From: a virus
Taxonomy: Duplodnaviria > Caudoviricetes
Strand: one strand, 5' to 3'
Length of the DNA: 56,476 nt
IMG/VR virus record: IMGVR_UViG_3300034096_000849
Location: 1-56,476 of that record
Positions 9,558 through 19,963 of the stretch are shown here, in pieces; position 1 is the stretch's first letter; every line of letters starts with the position of its first letter. The position numbers and the translations under genes were made by a program. The notes beneath the pieces are model-generated. The model had not been told where the DNA came from and made no database searches. It saw nothing but the letters and a program-made list of their open reading frames with translations.

Positions 9558-10622
9558 ATGGCAACCGCAGTCACCAACGTGATCGTTCCGAGTGTGTTCG
9601 GCCAGTACATGGCCGAGCAGTCCACTCTCTCCTCTCGAATCATCCGCAGCGGCATCGCCCAAGCGGACTCGAGCATCGGAGCGCTCTTTCCCAACTCCTC
9701 GGGCATCATCGCCCGAATTCCCTTCTGGCAGCCGCTGGCCGACGCTGCCGCCAACGCTTCCAGCGACACCCTGGCCAACTCGGCGACCCCGCGGACTCTG
9801 ACCGCTGACGATCAGATCTGCCGCCGCATCGACCGCAACGACTCGTGGCGCACGATGGACCTGGCCGTGATGCTGGCCGGGGACGACCCCTTCGGCGCCC
9901 TGCTGTATGGCAACGGCGCAATGCAGGGTGGCGCGATGGAGTGGCTGTTCCAGCAGCAGCAGCGAGACCTCGTTGCGACCCTCACGGGTGTCGTTGCGGA
10001 CAACATCGCCAACGACTCGGGGGACATGGTGTTTACCGTCGGCGTCACCGGCACTTCTGCCGCCGGCGCTGCCGCTGCAACCGACAAGATCAGCCCGACC
10101 GCGATCGCTCTTTCCCGCCTGACCCGCGGGGACAAGGGCATGCAAGCGCCGATCTTCGTCTGCCACTCGGTTGTGGCCGCCGAGCTGGCGATTCAGGGCC
10201 TGCTCCAGAAGATCGACTCCAACGGCCGCGTGCTGTCGGAGTTCGAGTCGCTGTCCACCCAGACGCTGAACTACAGCCAAGCGCTGGGCATGACCATCTT
10301 CATCGACGACCGCTGCCCCGCGGTGGCCGACGGCGCCTCGCGCACCATGTACACCAGCTACCTGGTGGAGCCTGGCTTCATCCGGTACGCGCCGCTGGTG
10401 CCGAAGGTCCCGATCGAGTTCGACCGCCTGCCGCTTGTCGGCGATGGCGGCGGCGCGGATCAGATCACGATCCGCTTCGGCTACGTGATGCACCCGACCG
10501 GTTTCGAGTGCACGGTCTCCACTCCGACGATCTCTGCCGCCACCCTGGCGACCGCCACGACCTGGAACCGGGTTTGGGGCCGCAAAAACATCGGCTTCGT
10601 CGCCATCCGCTCGAACGGCTGA
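9558..10622 (+). CDS. Major capsid protein
   Basis: VIVPSVF..Y, SGI, IPFW, HPTGF, NRVW..KNIGFV coat-protein motifs; position. Confidence 0.9.
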   Translation: MATAVTNVIVPSVFGQYMAEQSTLSSRIIRSGIAQADSSIGALFPNSSGIIARIPFWQPLADAAANASSDTLANSATPRTLTADDQICRRIDRNDSWRTMDLAVMLAGDDPFGALLYGNGAMQGGAMEWLFQQQQRDLVATLTGVVADNIANDSGDMVFTVGVTGTSAAGAAAATDKISPTAIALSRLTRGDKGMQAPIFVCHSVVAAELAIQGLLQKIDSNGRVLSEFESLSTQTLNYSQALGMTIFIDDRCPAVADGASRTMYTSYLVEPGFIRYAPLVPKVPIEFDRLPLVGDGGGADQITIRFGYVMHPTGFECTVSTPTISAATLATATTWNRVWGRKNIGFVAIRSNG

Positions 10623-10627
10623 TCCCC

Positions 10628-10843
10628 ATGACTGAACAACTCGACTTCTCGGAATGCGTCCAGCGCAAGCTGGCGGAAGAGCGCGCCGCGCTTCAGCTGC
10701 GCGCTCAGGCCCAAGCGGCAAACTCGCCCGAGGGCATCAGCAAGGCGATGCAGGCCGAAATCGCTGCTGTCGAGGCTCGCCTTGCCAAGCAGATCGATTC
10801 GGTCTTCGCCAAGATCGAGGCCGTGATCAAGGCCAAGGGCTGA
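10628..10843 (+). CDS. Small helical hypothetical protein
   Basis: 71-aa ORF between capsid and next gene. Confidence 0.6.
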   Translation: MTEQLDFSECVQRKLAEERAALQLRAQAQAANSPEGISKAMQAEIAAVEARLAKQIDSVFAKIEAVIKAKG

Positions 10844-10851
10844 CCTGACGG

Positions 10852-13254
10852 ATGGCGCGCCCGCTGCTCCTGAACCAGGCGATCCTCGAGGACTTTGAGT
10901 CGGGGATCCCTTTCAAAAATCTGTTTCTCCAGAGCCGCCCCTGGCTCAGCGAAGCAGCGGGCACCTTCGGTCTTTTCGTTAGCAACGGCGGCACCGTTGC
11001 GACCGACGCGAACGGCTGGCAGACGCTCTCTGCCGGCCAGCGCGCGGGAACACTCATGTGCCGTGAGCTGCAAGTGTCCGGCGTGGACGGGGCTGGCCTG
11101 TACCCGCCGGGCAACTACGTTCTCACCTACACGGGCGTAGGCCGCATCATCCTGGGATTCGACGCTGTGCCCCAGGAGAAAGAATCGAACAACCTCTGGG
11201 CCAAGCCGCAGAGCCCTGGGCGGATTCTGTTCAGCGTCCCGGCGGCAACCGGCGCGGGCATCTATCTGGGGATCGACGAGCAGGACGCGGGGAACCCGGT
11301 CCGCAATATCGTCGTCACGCGCACCGAGTTCGAGGGGACGCTCGCCGCGAACCCGTGGGACCCGGCGTTCCTGATCGACATGGCGCCGTTCTCGTGCCAG
11401 CGGGTAATGAACTGGCAGCGGATCAACTATCACCCGTACGCCAACTGGAGCGACCGCGCGACGCTTTCCAGCGCACGCTACACCACGCGCCGCGGCGTGC
11501 CGTTGGAGCTGCTGATCGACCTGGCGAATCGCACCGGGGACGATCTGTACGTCTGCATCCCGCACAAGTACACGGACGCGGCTGTCCAGTCGATGGGGGA
11601 CCTCATCAACTCGACGCTGAATCCGCAGATCAACGTATGGGTCGAGTACTCCAACGAGATCTGGAACTCGCTATTTGACTTCAACCCTGGTTTTTCAGAC
11701 TGGGACGCGAGCGACGGCCAGGGCGCCTACTGCGAGACCCAAGGCCTCGCGCTTAGCCTTGACGCAAACGCATACCAGGCACGGCTCAAGTTCTACTCGC
11801 GGCGCGCACGGCAGGTGCTTGGGATCTTCCGCGCCCGATTCTCGAACCCTGCGCGCGTCAAGCGCGTAATCGGCGGCCACCACGAAGGCGACGACTCGAA
11901 CAACAACACGATCCTCGACTTCGAGTCGGCAAGCTCGAACGCTGAGGCCTTCGCCACTGCGCCGTACTGGGGTGACAACTCTGGCGGCCTGGCGAACGCG
12001 CAGAACACGATCAACTCGATGCAGACCGACCTGAACGGCACGGTCAGCGCGAAGATCGCAGACCACAAGGCGCGCTCATCGTCCCGCGGGCTCCAGTACA
12101 TCTACTACGAGGGGGGCACGTCCCCGATCCCGACGAACGGCGCGCAGGTGGAGGTCGTCAAGGAAGCCCTATACGACGTGCAGATGCTCGACCAGTACGA
12201 GCAGTTCTTCGCCACGAGCCTTGCTGCTGGCGTCGATCTTGTGGGGGTCTACAGCTACTGCACGAAGTACGGCACGAACGGGGCATTCGGCCACCTGCGC
12301 CGCGTTGGCGAGAGCCCGCGCCCGCCTCGTTGGATTGCGCTTGAGAATTTCGTCAACCAGACCGTCACCGCGCCCACGACTCCGCCGAGCCAAGCGCTTG
12401 TGGACGCCTACTACGGCTTCGACTTCGGGTCTTCCAAGTGGAAGGCCTTCGCTGGCCCGCAGCCGAAGACGACCTTCTTTGGCAGCGTCATCGACTTCTT
12501 TGGGCCGCTGTATCGCACGCAGATCCTAGCCTCGAACACGGAGTTCACCGTCTCGAACGCGCTCCGCGGCGCCCGCCTTGTGCTTGAACTGCAAGGGGAC
12601 TTCCAGGTGCGCTGGCCTTCGAGCTTCCGCATCCGCTCGGGGCGCTACGACGGCCGCGACAGCCGCCTGAACATCGTCAGCATCTATTGCGTCGAGCACT
12701 CGGGAACCCCTCAGTTCGACGTGACGATCGAGACGCTGCCGGCTGCGCAGACTGGCCTGCTGCTTCGCCAAGCGCTTGTGACTAACGACTTCACCACGCT
12801 CTTCGGGAGCTGGGCCGAAGTGTTGAGCACCACCGCGGCAACGCCGGCGACAGCGAACCGCTACAGCCGACTGGGCGAGATCGAGCGCTTCCGCCGCCGT
12901 GATGGCTTCTTCTATCTGCGCGTCCGCTACCCGCTCAGCAATGGCGGCGACAGCCAGCCCCAGTCAATCGCTTGGCGCCAGCGCAGCAGCCCGATAGAGC
13001 CGATCGCCCGCGAACGAGTCGTTGGCTACCAGCTCTTGGCGAACAACCTCATCAACGCCACGCCCTACGGCGGCCTGTGCCGTACCTCGGTCAACGAGGC
13101 GTGGCTCAGCTACGCCCCCGGGCAGATCGCGGCCTTCGTGCCGTTCCTCGCCATATCGAGGCACGGCCTGGCGCCTTTCTTGGCGCTCGGCAACTCGCTG
13201 ATCCTGAGCCCCAACCAGCTGCTTACCACGGCCGTCGAGCTGTACGCGGACTGA
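10852..13254 (+). CDS. Putative glycoside hydrolase / carbohydrate-binding virion protein
   Basis: RVMNW, GVPLELLIDLAN, VCIPH, WVEYSNEIWN, APYW, YYEGG (GH-A-like NE motif); beta-rich C-terminal domains. Confidence 0.65.
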   Translation: MARPLLLNQAILEDFESGIPFKNLFLQSRPWLSEAAGTFGLFVSNGGTVATDANGWQTLSAGQRAGTLMCRELQVSGVDGAGLYPPGNYVLTYTGVGRIILGFDAVPQEKESNNLWAKPQSPGRILFSVPAATGAGIYLGIDEQDAGNPVRNIVVTRTEFEGTLAANPWDPAFLIDMAPFSCQRVMNWQRINYHPYANWSDRATLSSARYTTRRGVPLELLIDLANRTGDDLYVCIPHKYTDAAVQSMGDLINSTLNPQINVWVEYSNEIWNSLFDFNPGFSDWDASDGQGAYCETQGLALSLDANAYQARLKFYSRRARQVLGIFRARFSNPARVKRVIGGHHEGDDSNNNTILDFESASSNAEAFATAPYWGDNSGGLANAQNTINSMQTDLNGTVSAKIADHKARSSSRGLQYIYYEGGTSPIPTNGAQVEVVKEALYDVQMLDQYEQFFATSLAAGVDLVGVYSYCTKYGTNGAFGHLRRVGESPRPPRWIALENFVNQTVTAPTTPPSQALVDAYYGFDFGSSKWKAFAGPQPKTTFFGSVIDFFGPLYRTQILASNTEFTVSNALRGARLVLELQGDFQVRWPSSFRIRSGRYDGRDSRLNIVSIYCVEHSGTPQFDVTIETLPAAQTGLLLRQALVTNDFTTLFGSWAEVLSTTAATPATANRYSRLGEIERFRRRDGFFYLRVRYPLSNGGDSQPQSIAWRQRSSPIEPIARERVVGYQLLANNLINATPYGGLCRTSVNEAWLSYAPGQIAAFVPFLAISRHGLAPFLALGNSLILSPNQLLTTAVELYAD

Positions 13255-13257
13255 CCC

Positions 13258-14730
13258 ATGGCAGACGTCCTGATCCCCGAGGCCGGCGCGCCGATCGACT
13301 TCTGGCGCTTCATGGCCTCCAGCTCTGAGACCCCGCGGCGCCTGTGGGTGTTCCTCGGTCAAAGTAACATGGTCGGCTACAACTCGGGCCGGTCGGTGCT
13401 GACCATTGACCAGCTCTTGCCGAACATTGAGTGCCAGGACGTCGACGACGCGATCGTCCCCGCGCGCTACCCGTTCCCGTTTTACCTGCCGAACTCGACC
13501 GAGTACGAGCCGCTCTGGAGTATCGCCAACATCAACGTCTCGCCGGCGATGAGCTTCATGCAGTCGCTCGCGCGGACGAACACGGAGGCGCGTCTTGTCG
13601 CTTCGATGGGCGCGATCGGCGGCTCGAGCTTCACCGGCGCGCTCGCCGCGCGCAACTGTGCAAGCCCGGGCAGCACCTACAAGCTGGCGAACAATCTCCG
13701 CGATCGCATTGTCGCCAGGATCAACTCGGCGATCGGTCAAGGGTGCATCCTCGAAGGCTTCGTCTGGTGCCAGGGCGAAAACGACGCTGTGAACCTGCAC
13801 AACGCCGGCAACACGGCGGCGCAGACGCAGGCAATCTACAGCGCAGAGCTGATCCGCCTGATCGACGATCTGCGCGGCGGCGCGATCATCAACGACGCGT
13901 TCGGCAGCCATACGCACAAGCCGTTCCTCATCCTGGAGATGCCGCGGACGCTGACCGGCACGGCGTCTTCCGCGATCCCGGCGCCGACTCTCGCGCCGAC
14001 TCTGCCCGAGTCGATCCTTTTTGCCATCGAGGCCGCCAAGCGCGTGGTCGCCCGCGACGTGCCCTATTGCGCCTACGTGGAGAGCGGCGGCCTTGCCAGC
14101 GAAGCGGACGCGATCCACTACACCGGCGCTGCTGCCCGCGAGCTTGGGCACCGCGCATTTGGTGCCATCGACCGGGCGCGCCAAAACGTCACCAGCACCA
14201 CGACGAACGCGCGCCAAGGGCTCCCGACGCTGCCGCGCGCGCGCTACGTCACAGTCAACGGCCGCCGCTGCGAATTCGAGTTCGGCAACAACCTCCGCGG
14301 GGCAGGCTTCTCGGGCGCCGCGATCTCTGACTCCCTGGGCACGGTGGTGAACCAGCTCTGGGGTGGCACTGGAGTCGGCGCCCTCTTCAGTCAAGCGCTC
14401 GCGTTCGACGGCGCGCACCTCGTCAGCGTCAACCTGGGCACCGGCGCCAAGGTCAGCGAGTCGGCCGTTGCCGTTGGCACTGGCGGCGCTCCCGAGCACT
14501 GCATCCAAGTGGACGGTCTGTCTGGAGTTTTCGGAGACGTGCGCCTTCGCACTACGCCGACCGCGATCACGCTCGAGCGCAACGGCGCCGTCCTGTTCAC
14601 GTTCGCGCTGTCCACGGGCTCGGTCGAGAACCACACCAGCAATGGCCCGCTGATTCTCCGCAGCCCAAACGGCACGCGCTACGCGCTGCGGGTCACCAAC
14701 GCCGGCGTCCTCGACATCACTGCCGCCTGA
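13258..14730 (+). CDS. SGNH carbohydrate esterase (sialate O-acetylesterase/CE6-like) with fibre-like C-terminus
   Basis: GQSNM, WCQGEND and DAIHY catalytic blocks; ILRSPNGTRYALRV C-terminus. Confidence 0.85.
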   Translation: MADVLIPEAGAPIDFWRFMASSSETPRRLWVFLGQSNMVGYNSGRSVLTIDQLLPNIECQDVDDAIVPARYPFPFYLPNSTEYEPLWSIANINVSPAMSFMQSLARTNTEARLVASMGAIGGSSFTGALAARNCASPGSTYKLANNLRDRIVARINSAIGQGCILEGFVWCQGENDAVNLHNAGNTAAQTQAIYSAELIRLIDDLRGGAIINDAFGSHTHKPFLILEMPRTLTGTASSAIPAPTLAPTLPESILFAIEAAKRVVARDVPYCAYVESGGLASEADAIHYTGAAARELGHRAFGAIDRARQNVTSTTTNARQGLPTLPRARYVTVNGRRCEFEFGNNLRGAGFSGAAISDSLGTVVNQLWGGTGVGALFSQALAFDGAHLVSVNLGTGAKVSESAVAVGTGGAPEHCIQVDGLSGVFGDVRLRTTPTAITLERNGAVLFTFALSTGSVENHTSNGPLILRSPNGTRYALRVTNAGVLDITAA

Positions 14731-14732
14731 GC

Positions 14733-15815
14733 ATGGCACTTCTTCGACCCAATCACGTCGTAGCCTACGACCCGTCGGGCGTCTTGACTGCCAACCAGCA
14801 AGCGCGCGTCTACTACGACCCGACGATCAAGCCGGACACCGGCGGCCGTCGGCGCGTGTACGTGCTCCAAGGCGGCGGCTTCCTGCCTGGCTCTGGCACG
14901 CTGCCCGATGGCTGGGACCCTGACCTTGGTGGCGAGCTGGGGCTCTGCTACAAGGCCGGGGATGCCGTGGTGATGGTCGGCTATACGCCGCACTCGCCGA
15001 CGATCTTGGGCCAGGGGGCGTTCGACTATCAGCAGTGGAACCTCGGCCCTGGCGAGGTGCTGACGCTGGATAGCAGCAATCCGGCGAAGATGGCGCGCCG
15101 CTGCGCAGAACGCGACGTGGTGAACTGCCTGCAACACTTCGCCACGTTCCAGGTTGGCGACCTGTCGCGGAGCCCGCGGCGCGCGGCGCTGTGGGCAAAG
15201 AGCGCGGGATTCCTTGCTAGCAGCTTCGCAGTGTTCGGCCCTCAGCGCGGCGATTCGACCGCGACGATCGAGCGTTTCAGGGCCCCGACGCGCGTCGCCG
15301 CGTTCATGGGCCGCGCTTCGATCTCGAGCCCGCCGGCTTGGCTGCACACTCGCTTCTTGCGCCACTGGAGCAACGGCTTCGGTGTGGCGGCGCAGACGAT
15401 TGGCGGCGCGGTCAACGCATCGAACCCGGCCAACCTCTTCTCTGGCCTGATCAACATGCGCCAATCGTCGGCGCTTTGGATGATCGAGGCGAACAGCCCG
15501 CAGATGGCCCAGGCGCGCCGCGACAACGCCTCGATGCCCGTCTGGATCGAGAACACCGGCAGCGTGGCGTTCCAAGGACCCTACACCTACAGCGGCATGT
15601 GGAACGTCCTAACCGAGGATCACCCGCCCGAGGCCGTGATGTCGATCCAGACCGTGCTGCAAGCGCTCCAAGCGGAGTTCCCTGCCGAGTACGTCCACGA
15701 CGCAAAGTCGGCATTTGTGCTGACCGGGCCTGGCGAGACCGCGCCCACCGACGAAGACCGTTGGGCTTGGCTCGACCAGTCGATGGAGCAGGCCCCCTAC
15801 GTCAAGGTGCTCTGA
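14733..15815 (+). CDS. Putative alpha/beta hydrolase (esterase-like)
   Basis: QGGGF oxyanion-like motif and AKSAG nucleophile elbow. Confidence 0.55.
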   Translation: MALLRPNHVVAYDPSGVLTANQQARVYYDPTIKPDTGGRRRVYVLQGGGFLPGSGTLPDGWDPDLGGELGLCYKAGDAVVMVGYTPHSPTILGQGAFDYQQWNLGPGEVLTLDSSNPAKMARRCAERDVVNCLQHFATFQVGDLSRSPRRAALWAKSAGFLASSFAVFGPQRGDSTATIERFRAPTRVAAFMGRASISSPPAWLHTRFLRHWSNGFGVAAQTIGGAVNASNPANLFSGLINMRQSSALWMIEANSPQMAQARRDNASMPVWIENTGSVAFQGPYTYSGMWNVLTEDHPPEAVMSIQTVLQALQAEFPAEYVHDAKSAFVLTGPGETAPTDEDRWAWLDQSMEQAPYVKVL

Positions 15816-16378
15816 TGGCTCTGATCGTCGAAGACGGCTCCGCGGTCGCTGGTGCAGAGAGCTACATCAGCGTGGCCGATGCGGACGACTACATCGGCAA
15901 GTGGGTCGCTGACCCTTCCGCGTGGCAGGCTCTTGCAACGTCGGCTAAGGAAAACAAGCTGCGCCAGGCTACGCAGTACCTGGATGCCGTGTTCGTGACT
16001 CGCTGGAAGGGCTACATCGCCACCAGCGGGCAATCGCTCAACTGGCCGCGCCAGTACGCCTACGATGAGCGCGGCAATAGCATCGAGGGGGCGGTCCCGC
16101 TTGAGCTGCGGCGCGCCACGGCGACGGTTGCGGCTGCTGCTGCTGCTGCTCCGCTCGTGCCGCTCGGTGGCAGCGCCACGACCGACAACCAAGCGATCGT
16201 CGAGCAGGAGGTCGAGGTCGGCCCGATCAAGCGGCGGACCAAGTACGCAGAGCCCGCAGCGCTCAGCTCTGGCGGATTCCCCAAGATCGGCGCGGCCGGC
16301 GGCATCATCGCCCTGGTCTCGTCCATGCTTTCGCCGCTCCTTGCGGGTGGTGGCAGCGGGAGCGTGATGCGCTCGTGA
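15815..16378 (+). CDS. Head-tail adaptor (DnaT-like family)
   Basis: MALIVEDGS..AESYISVADAD, ATQYLD, QSLNWPR, VGPI. Confidence 0.85.
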   Translation: MALIVEDGSAVAGAESYISVADADDYIGKWVADPSAWQALATSAKENKLRQATQYLDAVFVTRWKGYIATSGQSLNWPRQYAYDERGNSIEGAVPLELRRATATVAAAAAAAPLVPLGGSATTDNQAIVEQEVEVGPIKRRTKYAEPAALSSGGFPKIGAAGGIIALVSSMLSPLLAGGGSGSVMRS

Positions 16379-16740
16379 CTGAGCTAGACGACCAGATCCG
16401 GCCCGAGGTCTTGGATATCGTCCAGGAGCTCGGCAAGGCCATCGAGTTCAGGGTGACGACCGAGGCGTACGACGTCGCGTCGGGCGTGACCACGCCGCTG
16501 TCCATCCAGTGGGTGTCGGTTAAGTGCTCGCCGCCCAGCCAGTACCAGATCAGCCGCGACGGTGAGCCGGACAAGCTCATGGAGACGCTTGGCACGCTCG
16601 TGCCTGCGCTCGGGCTTACGTTCGAGCCCAAGGTCGAGCAGATCGTCCGCTTCGACGGTCGGGAGCGGCGCATCGTTTCCGTGGGCAAGATCTACTCGGG
16701 CGACCTGATCGCGGCTTTCGTCCTGGGGCTGTCCACGTGA
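16375..16740 (+). CDS. Head closure protein (putative)
   Basis: Size, position, YDVASG motif. Confidence 0.6.
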   Translation: MTELDDQIRPEVLDIVQELGKAIEFRVTTEAYDVASGVTTPLSIQWVSVKCSPPSQYQISRDGEPDKLMETLGTLVPALGLTFEPKVEQIVRFDGRERRIVSVGKIYSGDLIAAFVLGLST

Positions 16741-17234
16741 GCTTCCGCGACCTGAGCCTCCAATTGTCGGACGAGGGCGACAATCTCGAGCTGCGCTACC
16801 TGATCCTGGTGCGCCGGCTCGCGCTGGACGCGCTGACTCGCGTCGTGCTCCTGTCGCCCGTGCGGCTGCCGCCGAAGCCCGGGAGCAAGCGCCGGCGCAT
16901 CCCTGGAGGGCGGCTTCGCGGCGGCTGGCAGCTCGGGCTCAATGCGACGCCCCAGGGCGTGCCGCCGACCAAGGACCAGTCCGGCTCGGCCACTATCGCG
17001 GCGAACCAGGGCAAGGCCGAGTCCGTGAGCCTGGGCGACGTGGTGCACCTCGCCAACAACGTGGCATATGCCCCGATCATCGACGAGGGCCGCAAGGCCG
17101 CGACCGTGACCGTCCGCCGCGGGGGCAAGGCCGTGACCTTCTCGCGGCAGCAGGGCTCGATCCAGGCGCTCCGCGGCATGACGTTGGTGGCCGCCGAGGA
17201 GCTGCGCGCCAGCTACGGCGGGAGGGTGGTGTGA
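16737..17234 (+). CDS. Neck/tail-completion protein (HK97 gp10-like)
   Basis: SPV...GRLRGGWQ, NNVAYA, GSIQA..GM. Confidence 0.75.
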   Translation: MSFRDLSLQLSDEGDNLELRYLILVRRLALDALTRVVLLSPVRLPPKPGSKRRRIPGGRLRGGWQLGLNATPQGVPPTKDQSGSATIAANQGKAESVSLGDVVHLANNVAYAPIIDEGRKAATVTVRRGGKAVTFSRQQGSIQALRGMTLVAAEELRASYGGRVV

Positions 17235-18082
17235 GCTACTCGGAGATCGCCTCCAGGCTTCGCCAGGCCATCCAGAGGCCGCTGGATGCCGCCATGCCCC
17301 CGGGAGCCGAAGTGCTGTGGCCGAATGCGCCAGGTGCCACGGCAGAAAGCCAGGAGGCCGGGCCCTGGGCCGCCGTGGACATCCAGTGGCTAGGCGTTGA
17401 CTCCCTAGCCTTCGGTGCGGGGCTGAGGCTGCGCCACCGGGGCATCCTCGAGGCCGTCCTGGTCTGGCCGGCGGGCGCCGGCGAGGGCGGCCTGTTCGCT
17501 GCCGCCGATCAGCTGGCCTCGGCGCTGACCGAGACCACGGCGGGGCCGGTGCGCATCCGCCAGCCCGAGCTGGTCGATGCCGATGCGGGCGAAGGGTGGG
17601 CAGCGAGAGCGTTTCGCCTCGCCTGGACGGCCGATGAAACCAAAAGCAAACCTTCGGAGATTGAAGCGCCCGAGGAGGGTACATGGGCGCTTGGATCTGC
17701 TGCGATCAGGCAGGCACTCTCCGCAGTCGTCGCCGCGAGTACAGGCCTCACGGTGGTCTACGGGAACGCTCCGCAGGAGTCGCCGCCCGTGACCGAGGCC
17801 AGCGTCTACGCGAGAGTCCTGACTGGCGCGCAGATCCCTAACCAAGCATCCGAGTCCAGCGACGCAACGAAGATCGGCGCCTTCCTTGCCGACATCGTGA
17901 CGCCCGCTGGCACCGGAACCGGACTAGCTTTCTCGATCGCCGACAAGATCTCGAATGCCCTCTCGATGGCCAAGGCTGGCCGCATCGAGCTGGGCGCCGC
18001 GACCTTGACCGATCAGAGCCTAGTAGGCCCCTCGTGGGTCACCACGATCCAGATCCCGTACCGCTTGACCCACGCTCACTGA
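17231..18082 (+). CDS. Tail terminator-like protein, apparently two tandem domains
   Basis: WPNA..PAGAGEG..AADQL and YGNA..PAGTGTG..IADKI halves; directly before the tail tube gene. Confidence 0.6.
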   Translation: MSYSEIASRLRQAIQRPLDAAMPPGAEVLWPNAPGATAESQEAGPWAAVDIQWLGVDSLAFGAGLRLRHRGILEAVLVWPAGAGEGGLFAAADQLASALTETTAGPVRIRQPELVDADAGEGWAARAFRLAWTADETKSKPSEIEAPEEGTWALGSAAIRQALSAVVAASTGLTVVYGNAPQESPPVTEASVYARVLTGAQIPNQASESSDATKIGAFLADIVTPAGTGTGLAFSIADKISNALSMAKAGRIELGAATLTDQSLVGPSWVTTIQIPYRLTHAH

Positions 18083-18088
18083 CCAGAC

Positions 18089-19543
18089 ATGGCTCTCATT
18101 AACGCGCCCGCAGTCGCCGAAGGCACCCGAGTCGCCATCGCCAAGGAGACGACCTACAAGGTCGCGCCGACCGGCGAGGCCAACGTCCTGCCGATCTCCG
18201 GCGAGAGTCTGCGCCTCGACAAGCGCTACACCGACAGCCCGACGATTTCGAGCAACCGCCGCTCGCAAGGCCAGACCCAAACCGGGCAAGGCGTGAGCGG
18301 TGGCGTCAACTTCGCTCTGCGCGCAAAGGCCTTCGACGAGTACTTGGGCGCCGCGCTGTGGGCCCCCAACTGGACCTCGGGCGTCGCCGCGTTCCCCTCT
18401 GGCACGCCGCTCGATGCGACGATCGCGGTTAACTTGACCCGCTTCGAGTTCTTTTCGGCCGGCAATCAGCTGCCGGTGTTCGCCGCTGACGACGTGGTGA
18501 GCGTGACCGATGCGCGCAACTGGAACCACGTCGGCACCTACCGCGTGGCCACTGGCAGCACGCCGACCGCCGGCACCTTCCTGGCGCTCAAGCTGGACGG
18601 CACCGCGCCCTTCGCCGATGCCGTGGCTCAATCGCTGCGCATCGTCAAGGTTGGCGAGTTTGGGAGCTTCACCCTGACCGCGACCGTGGGCGGCACGAAG
18701 GCCACGATTGACATCCTCGACTCGAACGGCGCCGCTGCGGCTGTAGCTCAGGGCTGGATCAAGCTGGGCGGGTTCACTACCAACCAGGGCAACAACGGCA
18801 TCTGGCAGGTCGAGTCTGCGAGCACCACGACCCTGACGCTGGTGCGAAACGACGGCAGCTCTCTGTTCGTCACCGAGACTGACGCTTCCTCCTGGTGGGC
18901 CATCGGCGAGTACGCGCAGGACGGCCAGACCCGCAGCTCGTACTCGATCGAGAAGCGCTTCGACCTCGCGTCCGATGTGTTCGAGCTGCACCTCGGCTGC
19001 GTCGTGGACCAAGGGACGCTCAACTTCAGCGTGGGCGAGCCGATTTCTGGCACCTTCGCGTTCCAGGGTGCGACCATGACCTCGCCGGCCGCGGCGCAGT
19101 TCTCGACCTACATCGCCCAGCCTCAGACCACCGAGTACGGGCCTGCTCAGGACGTGCGCGCCGTGCTGGCTGGTGGCGTCGGTGTGAGCCTGCGTTCGGC
19201 CAGCTTTCAGGTTGCCAACAACGTGCGGCCGATCGAGGAGCTGGGCGTGCTCGGCGCGTCGCAAGTCGTGCCCGGCACCTTCGCGCTGACTGGCACGCTC
19301 CAGGCCTACATCGAGGATGGCTCGCTGCTGTCGCGCTTCGCCAACGGGACCTTCACCCGCATTGACCTCTTGGCCTTCGACTCGCAGGCGAACGGCTACC
19401 TCATCGTCCTGCCGCGCACCAAGTTCACCGAGGCGCCGGCCAATGCCACGGGCAAGAACACCGACGTGTTTGCCCAGGTGGCGTTTGCCAGCGAGGAAGA
19501 CCTTGCCGCCGGCTACCAGGCCCGGATCTACCGCTACCTCTGA
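18089..19543 (+). CDS. Major tail tube protein
   Basis: GESL, SGGVNF, SYSIEKRF, GTF.LTGTL.AY; precedes the chaperones. Confidence 0.8.
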   Translation: MALINAPAVAEGTRVAIAKETTYKVAPTGEANVLPISGESLRLDKRYTDSPTISSNRRSQGQTQTGQGVSGGVNFALRAKAFDEYLGAALWAPNWTSGVAAFPSGTPLDATIAVNLTRFEFFSAGNQLPVFAADDVVSVTDARNWNHVGTYRVATGSTPTAGTFLALKLDGTAPFADAVAQSLRIVKVGEFGSFTLTATVGGTKATIDILDSNGAAAAVAQGWIKLGGFTTNQGNNGIWQVESASTTTLTLVRNDGSSLFVTETDASSWWAIGEYAQDGQTRSSYSIEKRFDLASDVFELHLGCVVDQGTLNFSVGEPISGTFAFQGATMTSPAAAQFSTYIAQPQTTEYGPAQDVRAVLAGGVGVSLRSASFQVANNVRPIEELGVLGASQVVPGTFALTGTLQAYIEDGSLLSRFANGTFTRIDLLAFDSQANGYLIVLPRTKFTEAPANATGKNTDVFAQVAFASEEDLAAGYQARIYRYL

Positions 19544-19546
19544 CCA

Positions 19547-19963
19547 ATGCCCAGCCTCCAGAAGATCAAGCTCTCGACCGTCGCGCTCGACAACGGCGCG
19601 TGGTTCACGCACGCGCTCGGCTTCAAGTTTCGCGTTCGCCGGCTGACCTACAAGCCGTACCGCGAAGCGCTTGAAGGCGCTCTCCGTGAGCTGCGCGGCC
19701 GCGGGCTTGAAGCCGCGGAGCTGTCGGCGGCGATCGACAAGACCGTTGCCGTCCTGTTCGCTACGCACGTCGTGGTGGACTGGGCGGAGGTCACCGAGCC
19801 CGGCCCCGATGGCGTCGAGGTCTCGGTGCCATTCAGCGCTGAGCGGCTCAAGGCCATGCTGTGCGATCGGGCCTACTCCGATCTGTACGACTGGCTGACC
19901 GACTGCGCGCGCACCGGCGAAGCCTTCCGCGAGAAAGCCGCCGCGGAGACGCTGGGAAAGTAG
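19547..19963 (+). CDS. Tail assembly chaperone (gpG-like)
   Basis: Position between tube and TMP; ends at a slippery site. Confidence 0.8.
   Translation: MPSLQKIKLSTVALDNGAWFTHALGFKFRVRRLTYKPYREALEGALRELRGRGLEAAELSAAIDKTVAVLFATHVVVDWAEVTEPGPDGVEVSVPFSAERLKAMLCDRAYSDLYDWLTDCARTGEAFREKAAAETLGK
19954..19960 (+). other. -1 programmed ribosomal frameshift site GGGAAAG
   Basis: G GGA AAG TAG, identical to the lambda G/T heptamer; -1 frame open to 20295. Confidence 0.9.

Noticed and set aside
16132-16150. (GCT)n microsatellite
   Set aside because: Short in-frame poly-Ala; no evidence of phase variation
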